This document shows, one piece after another, positions 43,193 through 54,701 of a stretch of 64,000 nt of DNA (its first letter is position 1; the number at the start of each line of letters is the position of its first letter). This stretch comes from Chrysomallon squamiferum (taxonomy: Eukaryota; Animalia; Mollusca). Both the position numbers and the translations under genes were made by a program. Under the pieces are notes generated by a model. The model ran no database searches. It saw only the letters and a program-made list of their open reading frames with translations, and had not been told where the DNA came from. The stretch covers positions 2,108,001 to 2,172,000 of the forward strand of contig CM022673.1 in NCBI GenBank assembly GCA_012295275.1, in the 5' to 3' direction.

Positions 43193-45624
43193 AATAATAC
43201 TGTCTAATTCACATAAATGGGCTACTAACAAAAACAATGTTATTCCTTTCTTCTTGCTGCCTTGTGTGCATCTAAGGCACAAACAGAACTGAATGAAAAG
43301 ATGAATATCAATATATAAAAACAACATGAAGAAAACAAAGTGACAAACAGAACTGAATTAAAAGATGAATATCAATATGTAAAAGCAACATGAAGAAAAC
43401 AAAGTGACAAACAGAGAGAGAAAATTTCTCACTGAAAAACCTAATAAACTGCATGCACTCCAATATATACGTGCACTAAACACGTTAATCATCAAACAAC
43501 CAATTAGCTGACAGATCTGTATACGACACAGTACACTGTTTGTCTTATTCACACTCAGTCATGTCAAATATTTATCTCCAGAGAACAGAACATTTGATTT
43601 TATAAAAAAAAAAATTTACTTTATTTTTTCAAATAACTTTAGTATAAGGTCGCTATGCTTGATTCAGATTCAAGTACCTCACAGATAAGTAAACAGTGAA
43701 ATATTGATGAGAATAGATTCTGGTGCATTTGTTTGTTTTCTTTCTAACAAAAAGACCTTTTTTATTTTTTATTTTATTTTTTTTTTTTTTTTTTTTTTTT
43801 TTCATATTTACCTTGCATTGGAATCTGTATTTTATTTAACCCACTCCTGTACCTGTTTTCTATGATCAATAATGTCTGCTTTGTAAAGATTAATTTTTTG
43901 AGAGTGTGTGTGTGTGTGTGTTTTTTTATTCTTTCAAAGTGTAATATAACTTGAGGTAAATTTGAGATGAAATTATATTTCTAATACTAAGTACTGAAAT
44001 CAGTTTAATTTAGAATTATAGTTGTAATTCAGTAATACCTTGTGTTAACAATTTACCAAATGCCCAGAATATAAAATGAAAAAAACATATATATATATTC
44101 CAGCTTTATATCATCAGTGATGCTACCTGTTAGTTTTACAAGTTTTCAACAATTATTTATTCATTCATTCATTCATATAAAGACAAATCAACACACACTC
44201 ACACACACACATACAGATCATGAAAACAATAATACAAATCTTTTTCTTATCAAATAGCCATCACTTAAAATATCATTTACATTAATCACTGAACAAACCT
44301 GGAATCTTTGTAGTATTATTTATGCAGTGATACAGTTAATATTGTATATGTAAACAGCAATATAGTCACTTTACTTCTGAATACATCTGATAATTCATTG
44401 TAAAAATATGTAAATGTTCTTATTACATACTCACACACACAGAACACACACACACACAAATACACGTGCCACCCATTCATCAGTTCATCTAACCATTCAT
44501 CAATCTATCCATACAAGCATACACTTTTTATAAAACATAGAGAAACACTTGAAAACAGACAATACTCAAACATGCATAATATATCCTGTATGCTCATATT
44601 TCAGTTACACTCATTAATTAACAACGATACACATAAAGAGGATTTTTAACACTGTAACAGATAATGATGGTAATTGATTTTACATAAGCTGATCAAAATT
44701 AATTTCATGGCTTGTACGACATGACTTGGAAGCTGTTACTCATATATCGCACACTGATTGTCATATTGATATTTCCTTTTGCAGCAGTTCTGAACAACAC
44801 TGGTCATAAACAATGCATGAGAGAAGCTGTTGACAACTGAATGAAAGTTGAAAACACTATGAATTTTATATGTCAAATCTTTACCAGAAATTATTTTACA
44901 TATGTGTCTGTGTGTCTGTATGTGTATGTATGTGTCTGTGTGTGTTTATATATCTGTATGTGTGTGTGAGTGTGTGTGTTTATGTATAAATATTTATGTG
45001 TGTAAAAAATTAAATAATATTTGATTTAACATTTATTTAATTTCAAACAATGTAAATAAATAACTGGTCTGCTTGGGTGTCTGTGTGTGTGTGTGTTTTT
45101 ATGTAAATACATAATACACACACATGATACCCACATTGAAGTTTAAGCTGTCTTTTCATGACTATTTTTAGAACAGAGTCATTTACCAAGAACAACATTT
45201 AAGATTTTAGGTTACAAAGTACAAATCACAGACAGAAAACAAGTTCGAAACAAATTTCAACAATTAAATAAAACTCAAGAAAACAAACATAAATGAAATA
45301 AAACAAAGTAAATTAAAATGTATAATTTAAAATAGATATATACCTATGTGTTTCAATATGTTTTTATTATTGTTATAACAATGATTAATAATGTAACTGG
45401 GGGGGGGTTGAACCTTCTATGATCTCTTGCCTTTTTTTTTTTTTTCTTCTTTTTAAAAAAAATATTTAATTGAATGAAAACAAAGTACATATTTCAGAAA
45501 ATTGCATTTGGAATGAAAACTATTTTAATAAAATAATTAATAATTTAATTAATTACATATTATATATTATAACAAATATAATTATAATAAACATGTGGTT
45601 TTATGTATACATCTGTCTCTGTGG

Positions 45625-45656
<32 letters not shown>

Positions 45657-45658
45657 AT

Positions 45659-45713
<55 letters not shown>

Positions 45714-46113
45714 TGAATGACATGTGTATGTGTGTGTGACTGTGTGTGTGTGCATGTGTATGTGTGTGAGTGTGTGCATGTGTATGTGTGTGTGACTGTG
45801 TGTGTGTGCATGTGTGTGTGTCTGTGTGTGTCTGTGTGTCTGTGTGTGTTAGAATGACAGCCTATGTATTTATAATACTACTAATATAAAAACAGGAAAC
45901 AATATAAAGCATGATACATGTGATTATATGTTTGTATAAAGACACACAGACATACACACACATATATATATATATATATATAAAATTACACATGCATATT
46001 ATATAAACATTACCTGTTGGTGTTATGCTGTTAATAACTGAAAACGCAGACAGGCACTTTGTAAAATAGCTGATTAAGACCACAAATACACATCCAAGTC
46101 GAAGAATTTTCAT
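9481..46113 (-). CDS. KIAA1549: KIAA1549/KIAA1549L-like (UPF0606) type I membrane protein, 16 coding exons, about 3,390 aa: signal peptide, giant Ser/Thr mucin-like stalk, SEA-like module, TM helix, cytoplasmic tail
   Basis: Exons joined by GT-AG introns with consistent phases: 46014-46113, 23754-31690, 23151-23329, 22426-22588, 21654-21865, 18605-18780, 17189-17319, 15760-15887, 14917-15004, 14337-14448, 13764-13803, 13277-13407, 11313-11405, 10894-10928, 10326-10450, 9481-10008. Motifs I recognise from the KIAA1549 family: LLNVSR...[15 protein letters not shown] (TM), [51 protein letters not shown]. The model needs two 1-nt corrections in exon 2. KIAA1549 versus KIAA1549L cannot be resolved here. 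Confidence 0.85.
10326..10450 (-). CDS. KIAA1549: KIAA1549-like exon 15
   Basis: tacag|AA...AAG|GTTTGA; frame [41 protein letters not shown], which differs from the frame in the ORF track. Confidence 0.78.
10894..10928 (-). CDS. KIAA1549: KIAA1549-like exon 14 (35-nt micro-exon)
   Basis: ttttcag|A ACA GAG AAA CCT GAA AGT GAA CCA AAA ATT GAA G|GTAATT; supplies the phase 2 to 1 shift needed between exons 13 and 15. Confidence 0.72.
11313..11405 (-). CDS. KIAA1549: KIAA1549-like exon 13
   Basis: tacag|A...TAG|GTATGA; 93-nt symmetric exon, only one frame open. Confidence 0.78.
13277..13407 (-). CDS. KIAA1549: KIAA1549-like exon 12
   Basis: tttcag|AAC...TAG|GTGAGT; [18 protein letters not shown] (family-like motif). 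Confidence 0.85.
13764..13803 (-). CDS. KIAA1549: KIAA1549-like exon 11 (40 nt)
   Basis: tttcag|A...ATG|GTAAGC; phase 2 to 0, required to keep frame. Confidence 0.75.
13984..14160. repeat. (GATA)n/(GGAT)n compound microsatellite
   Basis: Direct inspection. Confidence 0.9.
14337..14448 (-). CDS. KIAA1549: KIAA1549-like exon 10
   Basis: tgtag|GA...GAAA|GTAAGA, phase 1 to 2; [10 protein letters not shown] motif. Confidence 0.8.
14917..15004 (-). CDS. KIAA1549: KIAA1549-like exon 9
   Basis: caacag|GAG...GAGA|GTTAGT; [29 protein letters not shown] (family-like motif). Confidence 0.82.
15760..15887 (-). CDS. KIAA1549: KIAA1549-like exon 8
   Basis: ttttag|CT...GAG|GTAAGT, phase 1 to 0; [14 protein letters not shown]...STTFE. 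Confidence 0.8.
17047..17183. repeat. 13-bp minisatellite (gttaactgcttat)n, about 10 copies, abutting the exon 7 donor
   Basis: Visible tandem array. Confidence 0.9.
17189..17319 (-). CDS. KIAA1549: KIAA1549-like exon 7
   Basis: aacag|G...GGCA|GTAAGA, phase 2 to 1, open frame. Confidence 0.78.
18502..18602. repeat. 26-bp tandem repeat, about 4 copies, abutting the exon 6 donor
   Basis: Unit gaaaacacaaaaacacaaacagtaat. Confidence 0.85.
18605..18780 (-). CDS. KIAA1549: KIAA1549-like exon 6
   Basis: tgtag|GAG...AAG|GTAC, phase 0 to 2, open frame [12 protein letters not shown]...RVPRKK. Confidence 0.8.
19979..20035 (+). repeat. Dispersed repeat copy A (partner at 22863-22922)
   Basis: gaatgaatttttgcaaa.agaatataacttgatggaaaga..taaaaagtt.gacaaa is shared with 22863-22922. 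Confidence 0.75.
21654..21865 (-). CDS. KIAA1549: KIAA1549-like exon 5 (transmembrane helix and Cys cluster)
   Basis: ccaaag|CC...GAG|GTGAAG; [29 protein letters not shown]. Confidence 0.88.
22426..22588 (-). CDS. KIAA1549: KIAA1549-like exon 4 (SEA-like module, C-terminal half)
   Basis: ttcag|TTG...GAAA|GTGAGT; [54 protein letters not shown]. Confidence 0.88.
22640..23130. repeat. Degenerate (TG)/(TATG) simple repeat filling intron 3
   Basis: Direct inspection; source of spurious VC/HT-rich ORFs. Confidence 0.85.
22863..22922 (+). repeat. Dispersed repeat copy B (partner at 19979-20035)
   Basis: Direct repeat of copy A. Confidence 0.75.
23151..23329 (-). CDS. KIAA1549: KIAA1549-like exon 3 (SEA-like module, N-terminal half, with RRRKR site)
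   Basis: ttccag|TA...CAG|GTATG; [31 protein letters not shown]...[16 protein letters not shown]. Confidence 0.88.
23754..31690 (-). CDS. KIAA1549: KIAA1549-like exon 2: 7.9-kb Ser/Thr-rich mucin-like ectodomain, split into 3 ORFs by two +1 indels
   Basis: ORFs 29196-31631, 23963-29173 and 23737-24693 have the same composition; acceptor tttttag|cag (NAGNAG) and donor ACAG|GTAAG; 7937 nt minus 2 gives 7935, a multiple of 3. Confidence 0.85.
24013..25372 (-). repeat. Coding 33-bp VNTR (11-aa unit about [11 protein letters not shown], roughly 40 copies)
   Basis: Tandem units gaggatgtctctaacactgagcttattgacaat/agc on +, with interspersed variant units ([11 protein letters not shown]). Confidence 0.95.
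39370..39962. repeat. Degenerate G/T-rich minisatellite (about 16-bp core gacttgttggttgttt)
   Basis: About 600 bp of recurring ttgacttgttggttgt, strongly strand-asymmetric. Confidence 0.9.
43280..43415. repeat. Local tandem duplication (about 64-bp unit, 2 copies)
   Basis: acaaacagaactgaat..aaagatgaatatcaatat.taaaa.caacatgaagaaaacaaagtg occurs twice. Confidence 0.8.
45627..45849. repeat. (TG)n microsatellite array
   Basis: Direct inspection. Confidence 0.9.
46014..46113 (-). CDS. KIAA1549: KIAA1549-like exon 1 (signal peptide [23 protein letters not shown]...)
   Basis: ATG followed by a basic then hydrophobic stretch; donor CAG|GTAATG in phase 1 matches the phase-1 acceptor of exon 2; lies just downstream of a CpG-rich promoter-like region. 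Confidence 0.8.
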
Positions 46114-46299
46114 TTTTAAGATCCTCTTCACAAACTACAAAGAGCCATAAAAGTTAAAAGCAGGACTACAAATCCAGAGAGATTCACTCGAGTACTTTAA
46201 TCCATTTGGCACATCTTCAAGACAAAAACCGCCAAAATCCACTCAAATGTCATTGTGAAAAAGAATAGAAGAAAGAAATAAAAAAAATTCCCCGGTAGC

Positions 46300-46940
46300 C
46301 TACATAGCTTTTTTTTTTTTATTACTTGACAGCTCTCATAATGACGATCTGAAAAGCGGACACGTTTTGAACGGACACGTCTGTAAAATCTAAAATCTTC
46401 TTCAAACGTCTCTAACATTTTCTAGTCACATCTCTCGCTCTCGTTAAAAGTCTGTTGCCAGGCGCTGTAAGCCTGGAACCTCGAGAAAAGTTTTCAAACC
46501 CAACAGACACATTCTCGAAGCAGCAGACGACGCAATCCCGCACCGCGATCGTTTCCCGTCGTAAATGAGAAGCGCCGGTAACGTTGCACCTTTTCCCGCC
46601 GTTCTGTTGTTTACACGTCTGCTCTGTGAAATTCGCGTTCCAAGACAGCTCGCTACACGACGAGTTCTGTTTGAAATTGAGTTTGAGACAGCAAGTATCG
46701 ACGTCTGCCGGTTATAACAGCGTGCATTTTTACCTGCCAGAAATCTCGTATACTAATAAGAATAATGAAAATCGACTGAATTATATGGCAATAATAATCG
46801 ATCGTAAACCTTCGCGCTCCACCTTTAAACAGACGTCGCTTGAGTTTATTGATGCGTAACAGTGCGTTGGTTACGACTCAGATTTAACAAAAGATGCAAG
46901 TCGTTATAGATAAACACAGTGGAATACTGCTTTAAGCGAT
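46300..46940 (-). promoter_or_regulatory. CpG-rich promoter/5' region of the KIAA1549-like gene
   Basis: Abrupt local CpG/GC enrichment just upstream of the signal-peptide exon, flanked by CpG-poor DNA; tandem CGGACACGT motif at about 46358-46379. Confidence 0.6.
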
Positions 46941-46968
46941 AAAATAAATAAATAAATAAATAAAATGA

Positions 46969-47001
<33 letters not shown>

Positions 47002-47482
47002 ATAAAATTAAAATAAAATAAAATTAATAAAACTAAATAAATAAAAAAATAAATAAATAAAATGAAATAATAATAATAATAATAATAATAATACAAAATA
47101 AAATTAAAATTAAATAAAATTAATAAAAATAAATATAAAAATAAATAAAAATTTAAATAAAAATTAAATATAAGGAAAACTTTTAAAAAAATAGAATAAA
47201 ATAAATTTTAGTTCGTTTATAGGTATCAGATTCAAGTACGGCTATTACGGACATGTATTCGACATGTAATGTTGCCTTTGTGTTTTAAATGACAAATAGC
47301 AAGTTATAAAGAACAAAGAAAAACTTTGGAACATCAGTATGTCTGGGATGACCAAAACAACAGTGTCCAAAAGGCCAAGAGATTATTCTGTGTTCTGATG
47401 ATTATCAGTTTATCAGTGGAAATAATCAACAAGTTCTGCTGCTTTTTTTATATTTTTTAATTTTTTAATTTTAATGTATTAA

Positions 47483-47518
<36 letters not shown>

Positions 47519-48146
47519 ATATTTTCTTCATCATTAGGTTCATTTTTTCACATTCGTTATATCTGTTTTCTTTTTCTTTCCATTTTTCTGTTTTTCTTGT
47601 ATTCTTTTTTCTTTTCTTATAATCTTTATAATGAAGCTCCACCATAAAGTACAGTTTTTTAAAGTTAAACTGACACCCTTGAGACACTCACTTTTTCTCT
47701 CTCAGTTCTTGGAAAAGTCCTAATTACTGTATCTGTGTTTTATCACTGTTCTTGCATAATTCTGGTAATTTCATCTGCACATGTCATTCTGTTCTGAAGG
47801 TCCAACATGCTTAGTGTTTTACATATGTATAGAATGTGTCTGTCTCAGTCTCTGTGCATTTGAATGTTTTAAACACAATCTCATTGCATACATGTGTACA
47901 TATATACACACATATGTATATATGTATATGTTTACATGTGTGTGTATGTGTTTGTGTGGGTGTGTGTACATACACATACATATATATAAATGTGTGTGTG
48001 TATGTATATGTATGATATAGTGAAGAAAGGTCTATCCATGTCATTATCATATAGCAGATGACATTTTTTCTTTCTTATCTGTTTCTTATTATTATTAAGT
48101 TGTAATTTTAATTAATTTCATGTATGGCATAAATTCAAATAGTGTT

Positions 48147-48996
48147 TATTTGTTTCCATTACATTTTTACTAGTTTCTGTTTGTTTCCATTACATTTTTA
48201 CTAGTTTCTATTTGTTTCCATTACATTTATACTAGTTTCTACTTGTTTCCATTACATTTGTACTAGTTTCTACACATTTCCATTACATTTGTACTGGTTT
48301 CTATTTGTTTCTATTACATTTTTACTAGTTTATATTTGTTTCCATTACATTTATACTAGTTTCTACTTGTTTCCATTACATTTGTACAAGTTTCTACACT
48401 TTTCCATTACATTTGTACTAGTTTCTACACTTTTCCATTACATTTATACTAGTTTCAACTTGTTTCCATTACATTTGTACTGGTTTCTGCTTGTTTCCAT
48501 TACATTTTTACTAGTTTCTACTGTTCCATTACTTACTGGTTTCCATTACATTTGTATTACATTTTTTACTAGTTTATATTTTTTCCATTACATTTATACT
48601 AGTTTCTACTTGTTTCCATTACATTTGTACTAGTTTCTACACTTTTCCATTACATTTGTACTAGTTTCTACACTTTTCCATTACATTTATACTAGTTTCT
48701 ACTTGTTTCCATTAAATTTGTACTAGTTTCTACTTGTTTCCATTACATTTTTACTAGTTTCTATTTGTTTCCATTACATTTTTACTAGTTTCTATTTGTT
48801 TCCATTACATTTATACTAGTTTCTACTTGTTTCCATTACATTTGTACTAGTTTTTTTTTTTTCATTACATTTGTACTAGTTTCTACACTTTTCCATTACA
48901 TTTATACTAGTTTCAACTTGTTTCCATTACATTTGTACTGGTTTCTACTTGTTTCCATTACAATTTTACTAGTTTCTACTTGTTTCCATTACATTT
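48147..48996. repeat. 31-bp minisatellite (tttccattacatttgtactagtttctacttg)n, about 27 copies
   Basis: Visible tandem array about 850 bp long. Confidence 0.95.
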
Positions 48997-49379
48997 TTGA
49001 TTTCTTTGAGATAAGTTTCACTTCACTTGATCTCAACAGTAACAAAAATCTGGATAAAAGTTTGACAATGTAAAAGCATAATCAACAACAACAACAACAA
49101 AAATCCTTTTCATTCATGCTACAGTAATGGAACAACGAATAACAGTAAGTAACTAAAATAAAGCTTTATTTCATAAATAATTTCAACAAGCAGAACTGAA
49201 CATTAAACTGTGGTTGCACTGTTCACTCAAATATTAAAAGTAAAAACAGTTGAACTGGATGAAATGTCTGTACATATGATTATGTCATTCTAAGTGCATC
49301 TCTTAATAAAAGTTATCACAATCAAGTGAGGTCATCACTGCTAATAATAAAAATATATATATTTAGATAAACGTAGGAA

Positions 49380-49860
49380 ACAGAGAGAGTCAGACAGACA
49401 GACAGACAGTCTAGAAAAGAAAAAGAGGTAAAGCAGACTAAGTGAGACAGAGAGGTTGAATGAAAAAGGGAGGAAGTGAAAGAAGGAGGAAATAAAGAAG
49501 GGGAGAAATAAAAGAATATAGAGAGAGATGGAGGGAATAAAGGATATTTGAAAAAAAGAGGGGTGAAATGAACAATTGAAATAGCAAAGAGAAAGAATAA
49601 GGAATAGGATGTACTGAGGATGGAAGGAATAACAGACAAACTGAATGAGGATGTTATGCAAGCAACTGAGAGAAACAGAGAGTGTACAGAAATGGAGAAA
49701 CAGATAAATGGACAGCAATGACAATGGGATAAAGAGTTAGATAGAGAGAAAAGAAGAGAAAGAAAGGCATGAGTGAGAGAAAGAGACAGAAACAGAGGCA
49801 CAGTGGGAGAATACAGAGAGTGAAACAGAGGAATAGCAGGACTGAGAGACAGACATGTGC
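49380..49860. repeat. Purine-rich low-complexity tract (decayed GA repeat)
   Basis: About 480 bp dominated by G and A on +. Confidence 0.75.
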
Positions 49861-51499
49861 AATGAAAACAGAATACTAGAGAAAATATATTTTTATTTTA
49901 ATTAAACAACAACAATATCCTAATGAATTGAAGCCAGACAAAACATCTGTTATTACATTAGTCACTGGTTTCACAAAGGCTGTAAAAGGCTAATTAAATG
50001 GGTTTTTTCAGATTTACCTAATTTATCATTTCTTGTGTGAGACAAGGTTTTAGTGTAGATTGCAGATAATTTATGAAAATTACAAAAAATAAAACATAAA
50101 TAAAGTTAAAATATTAAAATTAAATTAACAAAAATTAACCTTAATAAAATAAAATTAAAGTAAACAAATAAAGTAACTCATTCAGAAATGGTTAAATACT
50201 GGCAAAAATAATATTGTGCTAAAACAGACAAACAAACAAATCAGTTAATAATCATGAACATTTACATTATAAAAAAAAAATAAACAAATAAAAATGTAAA
50301 AAAGAACAAATGTACCAATAAAAAGAAAAAGAGATGAACATTTATCCAAATGACGAAATATTTAAATGTATTTAAATAAACAAACTGTTGAAAACATTCT
50401 TATTACATTTAGTTATCAATAAATCTTATTTCATGAATATCTCTACTTCATTTTGTATTATTTATGTTTAAATTAAGTTTATAGAGGCTTTAAAGATTCA
50501 GTAAAATTATCAAATTTGCCATTTTGGAAGCAACATATCTAATTATTATTTCAAATTTTCTGTCACTCTGACAAACTGCAAGTATTTGCTGTAACTGTGT
50601 AAATTAATGCAGTAACTGTATAAGGCACACATTTGATTTAAAACTTCTTCCTCTTCCTTATAACACACACACAAATATATATACAATTAATTTTAAATAT
50701 TAATAACACAATTGTTAATATATATATAAAAAAATAGTGTTAATAACCAATATAACTTGTAAACATTTTGAGACACATTTGTCACATATATTACTTTACT
50801 GTAAACAAATATCACATATATAATAATCTGGCTGTTAGCATACAAGGAGAGAAAAAAAATGCCACTCACACATAGCAATGTAGTTTTTTTTACAAAATTT
50901 AAGATTAATATGTAGACACATACAATATATTCTATTTTGATGATATTCTTCATATTCATCTAAAAATATTTAAAAACAAATATTTTTATAACAACCCTGT
51001 AATAAGGCCATTCAAATTTATATTGTTTGAGTGATTTCAAGTATACACTAAGTAGTTAATACAAATAGTGCTTTGCTAGACTGAAATTTAAAGTCTGATA
51101 ACAATAAGTAAATGAATAAAGAAAGAAAGAAGGAAAAAAAGAAAAAAGAAAGAAAGAAGAAAAGTAAGAAGGAAAAAAGAAAAATAGAGAAATATATAAT
51201 TAGAGAGAGACAGACAGACAGATAGACAGAGGGAGAGACAGACAGAAACAGCAAAAATACATTCCTTGTATATAGTGATGATAATAATAATAATAAACAT
51301 GTGAAAAAGACTATAAATACAAACGGCCTCGTATAAAATTGCACTAGCATAAAAGCAAATCAAACTGACTAATCATAAAGTGGTTTATAGCTTAAAATAT
51401 ACTAAGTGGTTTACATTATTATGTGTAAATTAATAAATCTTTTCTTCTAATATTTCACCTATAGAATAAATATATAACAATAATAATAATAATAATAAC

Positions 51500-51544
<45 letters not shown>

Positions 51545-51823
51545 CAATCATAATAATTAAATAAATAAATGTAAATGAATAAACAAAATATAATAAAATA
51601 AAATAAACTAATAAATAAATATATGAATTAATTAATTTAAAATAAAATAAATTAAACTGTCATATGCACACTTTATTACAAAAAAAAATGTTTAAATTAT
51701 TTTTACTTTTCTTCTTGTTGTGGCCCTCAGAAGCTTTCTTAGTATGTTACTTTGACTAAGGGAGATAACTCTAATACAAAAAGTTCTTATTTTGAATGTA
51801 TTTATTTGCTAGTGGACGGCTTT

Positions 51824-51907
51824 TCAGGACGGCTTGATTTGCTTCCTCTGTCCAGTTCTTAAATTGGAACCAACCTGAACTCTCTTTGCTTCTCGTTCTG
51901 CCTTCAG
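51824..51907 (-). CDS. FAM221A: FAM221A last exon 8
   Basis: ttttag|CTG...TGA; LKAEREAKRVQVGSNLRTGQRKQIKPS*. Confidence 0.8.
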   Translation of the reverse strand: MKAEREAKRVQVGSNLRTGQRKQIKPS

Positions 51908-51923
51908 CTAAAATAAAATAACA

Positions 51924-51963
<40 letters not shown>

Positions 51964-53049
51964 CTTCAAATGACATAAATACATGTATAATGCTGGTAAA
52001 TATTTTTGTCACTAGTAACTTGGATGTATGTGTACATATTAATATAAGTGTTGTACTATGCATGGGTCTAATTATTGCCTGCATGCACTGTTTTAACAGT
52101 CATCATATTTCTCATTGACATGATGCAGTAATATGAAATATTTAATGCTGAAGTTATGTTGAAGATGCCACTCTAAGATCTGCCTACATTAGAAATGTGT
52201 GTCTATTCTTTCTTAGAGAATGAATAAGAGATATATCAGCATCAAACACAGCTATCTTTTCTCTTTTTTTTTTTCTTGATTAATAATTTCTAATAATTAT
52301 AATGTAGATATGATAAGCTGTATTACTCTTAAAAAGAAATGAATACTTTATCAAAGATAGTGCAGTGTTCTTTCCTTGTTGCATTGTGCATTTAAAAGAC
52401 AATACACAAACATACACATGAACACTCACACTTACAAACACACATGCATTCATGTACTTACATACACACTAACAGATACACAAACATACAGATAAACAAA
52501 CACATAAACACATCTGAATGAAATTATGAATAAATGAGTGAATTAATTAAAGGGCTATTTAACTCTGAACTACTAACAGTTCTTAAAGCAGACATTTTGG
52601 TTCAGGTATACATTTAAATAGGTTAACTTGGTATTAATAACAAACAGTTTTCTGCTACATTTAAACTGGCCAACTCTGTTCCTTGGTATTAACAATAAAT
52701 ATTTAAAAAAAAAAAACTTACTCTCTTTTGGTATTAACAATAAATATTTAAAAAAGAACTTACTCTCTCTTGGTATCGGCGCTCGTAGAATGCCATGTCA
52801 TCTTCTCCTGGGCGTTTCATGGCTGACACTCTCTCTGTGATGTCATTCAAAGAGTTTATCGTCTGGACCAGACAGGCCTGTGTGAAGCAGAAACCAATCT
52901 GGTATACTCATTTATACAAGATGTGTTTTTACAATATTCTTTATACGTACGTGTTTGTTTGTTTTGGTATGCAGGTATATTTTGTATGTTTCAATATAAT
53001 AATATGTATGTCAGTATATCTTTGTGTGTGACTGTTAGTGTGTGTTTGT

Positions 53050-53080
<31 letters not shown>

Positions 53081-53192
53081 TGTGTGTGTGTGTGTGTGAA
53101 TATGTGGGTGTGAGAATATGTGGGTGTGTAGGTTTGTGTGACTGAGTGTGTGAAAGTGTGTGCATTAGTGTGTATGTGTATCAGTGTTTGTT

Positions 53193-53279
<87 letters not shown>

Positions 53280-54666
53280 GTATAATAACAGCAATGATAT
53301 TAACAGCTGCTGAGTGAAATACTGTTAAAATGAGACAAAATCTAACAGATACAAACCGATTCCTTGTTTAGCAATTGTGTGAGCCTTGATAGCCCGCACA
53401 TTAGCTCGGAGAAAAGGGTTGTCATTCGATGTTATCTCCTGGTTTAGAAACTCTTCACTAGGGGCACCTGTCAATCATTAGAAAAAATACTACTTTATAT
53501 ACAACTGATCACAGCAAAAGTTAACTAAAGATTACTAAGGAATGAATAGTTTTACACATGCAATTACAATAGTTGTAATATTATTTCAAAAATGCACTGG
53601 TTGTGTTCTACTTGTTGATATTATTAATTTATTATTATTATTATTATTATTATTATCATTATTTATTTATTTATTTATTTATTATTATTTATGTATTTTA
53701 TTATATATATTATTACTATTATTTATATATTATTATTTATACAATTATTACAGTTGTTGTTGTTGTTATTTTATTAATTCTTTTTCTTAAAATTTATTAT
53801 TACTATTAGTGTAGTTTTTATCACTATAAACATTTTAATTTTAAAAATGTTTATTATCATTATGTTTGTTTTTTTTTTTTATTTTTTTATTACTATTATT
53901 TTATTACTATTACTATTACTGTCAGTTGTTATTTTTGTTAGCACTAATATTACTATTATTATTATTACTGTTGTTGACATTAATACTGATTTTCCGTGAC
54001 AATATATTTCTTTTATTCATACTCAAAACTAGACCTGTATCCTGTAATGATCTTGGTGACAAAAGCATTTCTCTAAGACCACAATTACCCTGCCAAGATT
54101 AGATTAGTATGTATCCCTGTTAACATCTTTGTAAACTGAATTCATTAACATAATTATCTTAACATAAGGACTGTGACTGATATGTCTCTCCTTTCAAACA
54201 ACATACTTTTTTCCTTAACTTACATTTGTTAGCCAATCAGGGAAATGAAAATAATTAATCAGCCACATTATCACAATTATTTGAATTTATGTTATTTTAT
54301 GCTACAACAACAGCTGTGTTTTCTACATGTATATATATATATATATATATAAATGATGAGGAGGATAAAGTATTAGTTTTCTTTCTTTTCAGAGCCTACC
54401 TTGACCACTTGGATCAAGTCGCATGTACCCCTCAGCTAGAGAGGAGAAACCTGTTAAGCCACCCATGGCAGCATAGGGTGTGGCCTGGCCCACGGGGTGC
54501 CCCCGAGCCTCTCTCTCTTCAGCTGTCTCCACGATCATAGTGTGATCGTAAACTGGAGATCCACAGCCGCACGTGAATGAACTGCGGAAACCAGTGCATT
54601 TTGTACAGCCAGCTGCAAAATTAGACACAAAGAGTGTAATTTATTTATTTATTTATTTATTTAGTT

Positions 54667-54701
<35 letters not shown>

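Noticed and set aside
48147-48996. CRISPR-like regular array of about 31 bp
   Set aside because: Units are contiguous with no unique spacers, no cas genes, eukaryotic context
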